Below, in pieces: positions 59,188 through 64,000 of a DNA stretch of 64,000 nt (within the stretch, counting starts at the first letter, position 1; every line of letters begins with the position of its first letter). Both the position numbers and the translations under genes were made by a program. The DNA is taken from the sequence record PQ488502.1; one strand, written 5' to 3'. The notes under the pieces were generated by a model. That model ran no database searches. It was not told the origin of the DNA and was given only the letters and a program-made list of their open reading frames with translations. The DNA comes from Escherichia phage BUCT632.

Positions 59188-59327
59188 TTGCTGAAAGAAT
59201 TGTTAAATCAATTCAGGCACGCGTAGGAACACTGTCTCCGTAATTGAAAGATGGGGCACGGTTTGGAGAGGTATGCCGCTACACGCTACGGTGCTAACTC
59301 CGTCTAGGTGAAAATCCTAGTCAGCAA
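59188..59327 (+). ncRNA. tRNA-like structured RNA candidate (about 140 nt)
   Basis: Perfect 7-bp terminal pairing TTGCTGA (59188-59194) with TCAGCAA (59321-59327) next to a T-arm-like hairpin CTAGG-TGAAAAT-CCTAG; no canonical cloverleaf. Confidence 0.3.
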
Positions 59328-59337
59328 TGTAAATTTA

Positions 59338-59420
59338 GGGTCGTTAGCCAAGCGGTTTGGCGGCGGATTGTTAATCCGTGTCGAAAGACAACGTAGGTTC
59401 GAATCCTACACGGCCCGCCA
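59338..59420 (+). tRNA. tRNA-Asn-like (anticodon GTT) with unusually long variable arm
   Basis: Acceptor GGGTCGT/ACGGCCC, 3-bp D-stem, anticodon arm GCGGA-TTGTTAA-TCCGT, 13-nt variable region, T-arm GTAGG-TTCGAAT-CCTAC, CCA. Confidence 0.55.
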
Positions 59421-59522
59421 AATTCTGTGTAGAGTTAAGTAAACCGGTAGCCAATCAGCTATCATTGCTGACATCGAATTCAGCCACAGATACCATTTTC
59501 ATTAATAACTGAGGAAACAAGC

Positions 59523-59708
59523 ATGTCCAAGAATGTAATTGCACAGTTAGAAGTTCATCGTGATAGCACTATCAACAATATTGAAGTTGAGAAGAAATAC
59601 ATCGAAGAACTTAAACATGATATACTAGTAAGTCTTAATCGTCTTAATGTACGAAAAGAGTTTCTTAAAGAACTTAATGCAGCTATTGAAAAACTCAAAG
59701 CTGAGTAA
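59523..59708 (+). CDS. Hypothetical small protein
   Basis: 61-aa coiled-coil-like ORF. Confidence 0.45.
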   Translation: MSKNVIAQLEVHRDSTINNIEVEKKYIEELKHDILVSLNRLNVRKEFLKELNAAIEKLKAE

Positions 59709-59717
59709 ATGAATTAT

Positions 59718-59794
59718 GCGACCGGGGCTGGCTTGGTAATGGTACTCCCCTGTCACGGGAGGGAATGTGGGTTCAAATCCCATCGGTCGCGCCA
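59718..59794 (+). tRNA. tRNA-Asp (anticodon GTC)
   Basis: Acceptor GCGACCG/CGGTCGC, anticodon arm CTCCC-CTGTCAC-GGGAG, T-arm GTGGG-TTCAAAT-CCCAT, CCA. Confidence 0.7.
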
Positions 59795-59820
59795 AACTAA
59801 ACTAGCACGAGAAAAATGCT

Positions 59821-60168
59821 ATGATTAATGCTAAAGAAGAATTGTTACTTGCCCTAAAGAATACTAATTCTGAAGTTAAGTGTATTAAGATAGAATTCGG
59901 TTATTATGGGGACAAAGAAGTTTGGGTATTACCCGTAGGTTATACAGAAAAAGATATTGAAGATTTTCTAAATAATCTAGACTTTAAATATGATTCTGGT
60001 TTCGGTGGACAATTGCTTTATGGTAACGTATGGTTTACTGATGGAACTTGGTTAGAACGTGGTGAATATGATGGTTCTGAATGGTGGGAGTATAAGACTA
60101 CACCAGCAATCCCTGAGGAATGCCGAACAATTAATGGTGAGGTAGATAATACTTTACGGTTAAACTAA
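59821..60168 (+). CDS. Hypothetical protein
   Basis: 115-aa ORF. Confidence 0.5.
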   Translation: MINAKEELLLALKNTNSEVKCIKIEFGYYGDKEVWVLPVGYTEKDIEDFLNNLDFKYDSGFGGQLLYGNVWFTDGTWLERGEYDGSEWWEYKTTPAIPEECRTINGEVDNTLRLN

Positions 60169-60289
60169 TAAAATTTCAGTGCAGAACACGGAGCTAGCAA
60201 TTCGGAAGTGCTGACTCATGATAAGCTGCCTATGTACTTGCGAAGCGGTCGTGTCCAAGACTCGGACTCTTGCACTGAAAACAATCAAA

Positions 60290-60411
60290 CATTCTAGCGT
60301 GGTTGATGGGGAAACCAGCTTGGCGAGGGCAGAAGCTCGTTCGATTCGAGTGAAAGAATGGTTCTCGTAAGTCCGCACAAGTGATAACAGGTTCGAGTCC
60401 TGTCTAGAATG
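60290..60411 (+). ncRNA. tRNA-like structured RNA candidate (about 120 nt)
   Basis: Perfect 7-bp pairing ATTCTAG (60290-60296) with CTAGAAT (60404-60410); canonical T-arm ACAGG-TTCGAGT-CCTGT at 60387-60403 and a second T-arm-like hairpin GCTCG-TTCGATT-CGAGT at 60334-60350; no foldable anticodon arm. Confidence 0.3.
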
Positions 60412-60560
60412 ACACTATAAAGTTTACTTATTATGTAGGTTCCGGTAGATCGGCGGGTCTATTCTGGCATTTAAGAGGGGTCTCGCAAACTTCTTTGTCA
60501 GCCGTGGGGTTGGTAGCCTCCAGGCGGCCTACACAATAAGTAAATTTATTAAAAATTCAT

Positions 60561-60589
60561 TTGCTATTCTGCTTAATTCTCTGTATAAT
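60561..60589 (+). promoter_or_regulatory. Promoter (TTGCTA-N17-TATAAT)
   Basis: -35 at 60561-60566, -10 at 60584-60589. Confidence 0.65.
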
Positions 60590-60621
60590 ATATTTTATAA
60601 AGTGAAGAGAAGGAAAGCAAA

Positions 60622-60780
60622 ATGAAACACAAGATAGCTCAAGTTTTTATGGCATTATGGTGTATGCCAATAGCTGTAACAGCTTTTAATCTAGATACTT
60701 TTACTATAGAAGAAAAATGTATCGGATTAGTTAGCGGCTTTAGTATGCTTGGCTTATCTTTGTTGTGGTTGAAGAAATAA
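60622..60780 (+). CDS. Hypothetical small hydrophobic protein (52 aa), below the ORF-track cutoff
   Basis: ATG after RBS GAAGGAAAG; two hydrophobic segments. Confidence 0.45.
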   Translation: MKHKIAQVFMALWCMPIAVTAFNLDTFTIEEKCIGLVSGFSMLGLSLLWLKK

Positions 60781-60784
60781 TATT

Positions 60785-60862
60785 CTCCGTGTAGCTCAGT
60801 TTGGCCAGAGCGTTTCGTTTGGGGCGATAGGGTCGGGGGTTCAAATCCTCCCACGGAGACCA
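60785..60862 (+). tRNA. tRNA-Pro (anticodon TGG)
   Basis: Acceptor CTCCGTG/CACGGAG, D-stem GCTC/GAGC, anticodon loop TTTGGGG, T-arm GGGGG-TTCAAAT-CCTCC, CCA. Confidence 0.65.
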
Positions 60863-60868
60863 AACAAT

Positions 60869-60946
60869 TGCGGGTTAGATCTCTGGTAGAGATCGCTAGT
60901 CTCATAAGCTAGAAAGAGGTAGGTTCGATTCCTGCACCCGCTTCCA
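60869..60946 (+). tRNA. tRNA with CAT anticodon (Met or Ile2), U1-U72 mismatch
   Basis: Acceptor TGCGGGT/ACCCGCT, D-stem GATC/GATC, anticodon arm CTAGT-CTCATAA-GCTAG, T-arm GTAGG-TTCGATT-CCTGC, CCA. Confidence 0.6.
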
Positions 60947-60966
60947 TTTTAATAGGGGATTTCGAA

Positions 60967-61134
60967 ATGAAAGTATTTCGATTAGTAGTAAGTGACAAAC
61001 GTTTAGGTAAGAATACCTCAAAATCATTACTTGCTCATTATGGTAAAAATTGGGATGAAGTAATGGTAGAGTTTAATACTAATCACCCTTACTTGAAAGT
61101 TCACTCTATTAAAGAAGTATACAATGGTTACTAA
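60967..61134 (+). CDS. Hypothetical small protein (55 aa), below the ORF-track cutoff
   Basis: ATG 60967; stop just before tRNA-Lys. Confidence 0.4.
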   Translation: MKVFRLVVSDKRLGKNTSKSLLAHYGKNWDEVMVEFNTNHPYLKVHSIKEVYNGY

Positions 61135-61135
61135 T

Positions 61136-61214
61136 AGATCGCTAGCTCAATAGGTTTAGTAGCATCCGACTTTTAATCGGAAGGTTCTGGGTTCGAGTCC
61201 CAGGCGATCTACCA
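61136..61214 (+). tRNA. tRNA-Lys (anticodon TTT)
   Basis: Acceptor AGATCGC/GCGATCT, anticodon arm TCCGA-CTTTTAA-TCGGA, T-arm CTGGG-TTCGAGT-CCCAG, CCA; long D-loop. Confidence 0.65.
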
Positions 61215-61232
61215 ATTTCAAGAAAAACGCAG

Positions 61233-61261
61233 TTGCTTGATGCTTAATTTCTTGTTATAAT
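61233..61261 (+). promoter_or_regulatory. Promoter (TTGCTT-N17-TATAAT) followed by a perfect hairpin
   Basis: -35 at 61233-61238, -10 at 61256-61261; GATGAGGA-GAAA-TCCTCATC at 61275-61298. Confidence 0.6.
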
Positions 61262-61499
61262 ATTTATATAAATTGATGAGGAGAAATCCTCATCATAGTT
61301 CACTAAGGTATTAGCTCGACCTAGGACTGGCTGCCAAAAAGCACGATCCCCATGATTCGGGAGAAGTTCTAGATTGGTCCACTAGATTCAGCGGCAACTG
61401 AATAGTGTATTGGGTTTGCGAGATGACGCAGTTCCTTCCGCTCGAAGCGAAGGTGCTGTAGTTACGCCGAGCTAATAGCCTTAGTAAACTAAAGAATTT

Positions 61500-61578
61500 G
61501 GGGAATGGGTCTGCATGGAGTGGACACCTCGCTTGCACCGAGGACATCAGAACGGTTCGATTCCGTTATTCTCCACCA
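61500..61578 (+). tRNA. tRNA-Ala (anticodon TGC) with G3-U70 pair
   Basis: Acceptor GGGGAAT/ATTCTCC with G3-U70 wobble, D-stem GTCT/GGAC, anticodon arm CCTCG-CTTGCAC-CGAGG, T-arm AACGG-TTCGATT-CCGTT, CCA. Confidence 0.65.
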
Positions 61579-61583
61579 AATAC

Positions 61584-61660
61584 GCGTGATTGATGGAATT
61601 GGCATACATACCGTCCTTAGAAGTCGGGTTTTGAGGGTTCGAATCCCTTGTCACGCACCA
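61584..61660 (+). tRNA. tRNA-Leu (anticodon TAG) with short variable loop
   Basis: Acceptor GCGTGAT/GTCACGC, Leu-type D-loop GAATTGGCATA, anticodon loop CTTAGAA, 5-nt variable loop, T-arm GAGGG-TTCGAAT-CCCTT, A73, CCA. Confidence 0.55.
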
Positions 61661-61772
61661 AATTTGATGGTCAGAGTAAATTAAACCTACTATCTCGGTT
61701 GAGCTGTTTTAATGGGTTCGAATCCCAGCGAGGCGTAACTGCCTGGTGTGATAGAGGCATCATCTTATTATT

Positions 61773-61863
61773 GGAAGAGCAAATCGAATTGGCGACGAAA
61801 ACCGCTTGGAAAGTGGCTGACTGGTAAAACGGCTTGAGAGTTCAAATCTCTCCTCTTCCGCCA
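61773..61863 (+). tRNA. tRNA-Ser (anticodon GGA), type II
   Basis: 91 nt; acceptor GGAAGAG/CTCTTCC, anticodon loop TTGGAAA, long variable arm, T-arm GAGAG-TTCAAAT-CTCTC, CCA. Confidence 0.6.
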
Positions 61864-61882
61864 AACACTTGAGGTAATAATA

Positions 61883-62230
61883 ATGCTAGCAAAAGATAAA
61901 GCTCTAGAGTTTTTAGCATCTTTAGATGAAGATAAGATTATAGATGCTGCTGAAAAAGCTGGAATGCCAGATTTAACATATCTGGAACGTGCTATTATTG
62001 CTCGTGATAAACTACAGAAAGAGTTTGCTATTGCTCAGGAGGAGTTTTATACTCGCTATAACGCTCTTACTAAGCAAATTGAAAATGAGTGTTCTCATAC
62101 TTGGGGAGTAACAGAAAACCTAGGTAATGATCACGATGGCTGGTCTAAAGTAAAAATTACCTACTACCATCGTAGGACTTGTAAAATTTGTGGAAAAGTA
62201 GAAAACTTCACTAGTACGAGTGACTATTAG
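61883..62230 (+). CDS. Hypothetical protein with C-terminal Cys/His pairs
   Basis: 115-aa ORF; CSHTW...CKICG. Confidence 0.5.
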   Translation: MLAKDKALEFLASLDEDKIIDAAEKAGMPDLTYLERAIIARDKLQKEFAIAQEEFYTRYNALTKQIENECSHTWGVTENLGNDHDGWSKVKITYYHRRTCKICGKVENFTSTSDY

Positions 62231-62243
62231 TATAATAAATACT

Positions 62244-62333
62244 AGAAGATAGGACGTAGTGGTATGTAACTGGTCTTGAAAACCAGCCCGCTGTAGTGAT
62301 ACGGTGATGGTTCGACTCCATTATCTTCTGCCA
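62244..62333 (+). tRNA. tRNA-Ser (anticodon TGA), type II
   Basis: 90 nt; acceptor AGAAGAT/ATCTTCT, anticodon arm CTGGT-CTTGAAA-ACCAG, long variable arm, T-arm GATGG-TTCGACT-CCATT, CCA. Confidence 0.7.
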
Positions 62334-62353
62334 ATTAACTATAAGGAAATCTT

Positions 62354-62527
62354 ATGAGCAAAACAGTTACTGTAACAATGAAGGATGGTAAAAAATTTAA
62401 AGCATGTCTTCATGAAACAGATAAGGGATGGATGGCTTATTTGCCACACCTAGATTCCACCGGGTACGGAATGACCCAACGTGAAGCTATTGTTGATGCT
62501 TTAAATGAGGCTTCTGCTGGTTTATAA
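62354..62527 (+). CDS. Hypothetical small protein (57 aa), below the ORF-track cutoff
   Basis: ATG after RBS AAGGAAA. Confidence 0.4.
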   Translation: MSKTVTVTMKDGKKFKACLHETDKGWMAYLPHLDSTGYGMTQREAIVDALNEASAGL

Positions 62528-62534
62528 AAATTCT

Positions 62535-62667
62535 TGAAGTATGCCGGAATTGGTAGACGGGGCTGCCTAAAAGGTTTATAGAGAACATCCACTCTCTACA
62601 ACATACCTCATAAAGCGGCTGAGATAAATGGTCTATCTCGTGAAGGTTCAAGTCCTTCTGCTTCTTG
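62535..62667 (+). ncRNA. tRNA-like structured RNA candidate (about 133 nt) with Leu-type D-arm
   Basis: 5' half TGAAGTA-TG-CCG-GAATTGGTAGA-CGG resembles a tRNA-Leu acceptor/D-arm; 3' half has T-arm GAAGG-TTCAAGT-CCTTC and acceptor strand TGCTTCT (6 of 7 pairs); about 60 extra nt between; no CCA. Confidence 0.3.
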
Positions 62668-62895
62668 ATACATCTATGGCTCAAAGTGTAACGGTGCTAT
62701 TTGATGCTCTTAGTAAGACTTCCCCGACATGCGTTCGGGAGTAAGCTGCTAAGGCTAGAGTAGAAGAGTTTCTGAGAGCCGCCACAATTGAAAATTCGTA
62801 CTCGTCTTGAGCTGCGTGCAATAGGAGATAACTTGATTAGTATTCTAGAACATGCTAATTGAGGAAGGTTTCGCTAACCCTGCGAGTTTTCAATT

Positions 62896-62972
62896 GTGGC
62901 TATATTATAATTGGTTAATGATCCTGATTGTGAATCAGGCCTATGTGGATTCGAATTCCACTAGCCACCCCA
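62896..62972 (+). tRNA. tRNA-His (anticodon GTG)
   Basis: Acceptor GTGGCTA/TAGCCAC, anticodon arm CCTGA-TTGTGAA-TCAGG, T-arm GTGGA-TTCGAAT-TCCAC, CCA. Confidence 0.75.
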
Positions 62973-62997
62973 AATTAACTTAAATAGGAAATAAAAT

Positions 62998-63198
62998 ATG
63001 GCTGATTTCTGCAAACAATGCTCTATTGATATGTGGGGTAAAGATACTGGTGATCTTTCTGGTTTGATTACAGAAGCTGAAGTTAAAGAAGGTTACGGTG
63101 CTGTTGTGCTTTGCGAGGGATGCGGAGTTATTCGTGTAGATCATGAAGGCAAACGTCTAGAAGAACCAGAACCAATAGCCACGGTTCCTGTAGAGTAA
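62998..63198 (+). CDS. Small zinc-ribbon-like protein
   Basis: 66 aa with CxxC (CKQC) and CxxC (CEGC) pairs. Confidence 0.5.
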   Translation: MADFCKQCSIDMWGKDTGDLSGLITEAEVKEGYGAVVLCEGCGVIRVDHEGKRLEEPEPIATVPVE

Positions 63199-63206
63199 AG
63201 AATTAT

Positions 63207-63282
63207 TGGAGTGTAGATCAATTGGCAGATCGTCGGCCTCTGACTCCGAAGGTTCCTGGTTCGATCCCAGGCACTCCAGCCA
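63207..63282 (+). tRNA. tRNA-Gln (anticodon CTG)
   Basis: U1-A72 acceptor TGGAGTG/CACTCCA, D-stem GATC/GATC, anticodon loop CTCTGAC, T-arm CCTGG-TTCGATC-CCAGG, CCA. Confidence 0.7.
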
Positions 63283-63288
63283 AACAAT

Positions 63289-63364
63289 TGGAGAGTAGTG
63301 TAACGGTTAGCACAACGGCCTTTGACCCCGTTAATGGTAGGTTCGATTCCTCCTTCTCCAGCCA
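63289..63364 (+). tRNA. tRNA-Gln (anticodon TTG)
   Basis: U1-A72 acceptor TGGAGAG/TTCTCCA, D-stem GTGT/GCAC, anticodon loop CTTTGAC, T-loop TTCGATT, CCA. Confidence 0.7.
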
Positions 63365-63372
63365 AATAATAA

Positions 63373-63448
63373 GCGGTTAAGCACACGGGTTGTGTCGCAG
63401 GCCTTCCAAGCCTCGCTGAGTAGGGTTCGATTCCCTCTAGCCGCTCCA
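63373..63448 (+). tRNA. tRNA-Gly (anticodon TCC)
   Basis: Acceptor GCGGTTA/TAGCCGC, anticodon loop CTTCCAA, T-loop TTCGATT, CCA. Confidence 0.65.
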
Positions 63449-63464
63449 ACTTTAAGGAAACATT

Positions 63465-63716
63465 ATGCACGTTTTTGAGTTTCGTAATAAAAGTACCGAT
63501 AAACGAGTTATTGTTATTGGAGAAACATACCGAGCATACGAACAAACTGACGGCTCTGTTATCCTGAATGATGAGAAAGGAGGTTTTAGCTTTTATCCAG
63601 AAGAACCTTATGAAGAGTTTCGAAAACAATTTAACCTAGACTGGAGAAAGCATTTAAACACTGTTGCTTCATCCGTAGTATTGCCAACTACCAGTACTGT
63701 ACTCTCTAATGGCTGA
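63465..63716 (+). CDS. Hypothetical protein
   Basis: 83-aa ORF after RBS AAGGAAA. Confidence 0.5.
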   Translation: MHVFEFRNKSTDKRVIVIGETYRAYEQTDGSVILNDEKGGFSFYPEEPYEEFRKQFNLDWRKHLNTVASSVVLPTTSTVLSNG

Positions 63717-63873
63717 TAACCTAAAAGTCAAGATCGATAAACAAAAGAAACGTGTAGAAGTAGAGATTGGTGAAGAACGTGTAGCCTTCACCTTTGAATT
63801 TCTACAACAAATGGCAATGACAGTTATGACTGACAAGTCTCTTGTTATTGAAAAAGAAATCCCGTTGAAATAA
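63709..63873 (+). CDS. Hypothetical small protein (54 aa), below the ORF-track cutoff
   Basis: ATG overlaps the upstream stop (ATGGCTGA); followed by a terminator hairpin. Confidence 0.4.
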   Translation: MADNLKVKIDKQKKRVEVEIGEERVAFTFEFLQQMAMTVMTDKSLVIEKEIPLK

Positions 63874-63882
63874 CGGGTTTTT
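63861..63882 (+). terminator. Terminator hairpin
   Basis: CCCGTTGAAATAACGGG followed by TTTTT. Confidence 0.65.
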
Positions 63883-63957
63883 GCTCCTAAAGCATTGTTG
63901 GCGATGCAGTTGCCTTGTAAGCATCTGAACCGGGTTCGATTCCTGGTGGGAGCACCA
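63883..63957 (+). tRNA. tRNA-Thr (anticodon TGT)
   Basis: Acceptor GCTCCTA/TGGGAGC, D-stem GCAT/ATGC, anticodon loop CTTGTAA, T-arm CCGGG-TTCGATT-CCTGG, CCA. Confidence 0.65.
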
Positions 63958-63972
63958 AATTTAAAAATTCAT

Positions 63973-64000
63973 TTGCTTTCTCTCTTATTTCTTGTTATAA
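63973..64000 (+). promoter_or_regulatory. Promoter (TTGCTT-N17-TATAA..., truncated by window end)
   Basis: -35 at 63973-63978; -10 begins at 63996. Confidence 0.5.

Noticed and set aside
60639-60905. 88-aa minus-strand ORF
   Set aside because: Overlaps tRNA-Pro and a CAT-anticodon tRNA on the opposite strand
61366-61588. Initial reading of a tRNA with a 145-nt insertion ending at 61578
   Set aside because: Re-folding showed a normal 79-nt tRNA-Ala (61500-61578) with a proper D-arm, anticodon arm and G3-U70; the distant 5' partner was a chance match
60290-62667. Interpretation of the long tRNA-like loci as intron-containing tRNA genes
   Set aside because: Inserts of 50-70 nt are far too short for group I introns and no canonical anticodon arm could be reconstructed; kept as unexplained structured-RNA candidates instead
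63141-63629. 162-aa minus-strand ORF
   Set aside because: Spans three plus-strand tRNA genes (Gln, Gln, Gly); clearly an artefact

Overview
This window reads as a contiguous segment of a T5-like siphovirus (Tequintavirus-type) genome, called from gene order, protein sizes and motifs read by eye; no database search was run. Coordinates 1-12.9 kb (+ strand) carry the distal tail module: tape-measure C-terminus, Dit, baseplate hub (949 aa), central fibre, collar protein and a two-gene L-shaped tail fibre locus. 12.9-39.3 kb (- strand) is the early replication/recombination block: dUTPase, flap endonuclease, SbcCD-like nuclease, helicases, family A DNA polymerase, primase, a split NAD-dependent ligase, a Sir2-like/HAD accessory cluster and NrdD. 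39.6-52 kb (+ strand) carries PhoH, NrdAB, DHFR, ThyA, an HNH homing endonuclease, RNase H and small accessory genes. 52-64 kb is a dense tRNA island with about 22 tRNA genes, small ORFs, long ORF-free structured-RNA stretches and a divergent minus-strand gene pair. More than 20 near-identical strong sigma70-type promoters (TTGCTT/A-N17-TATAAT) and many hairpin terminators punctuate the window. No single novel system was identified; the strongest leads are the split tail-fibre locus, the Leu tRNAs lacking a long variable arm, the 120-140 nt tRNA-like RNAs, and the Sir2/HAD cluster. All tRNA folds were done by hand and need confirmation.
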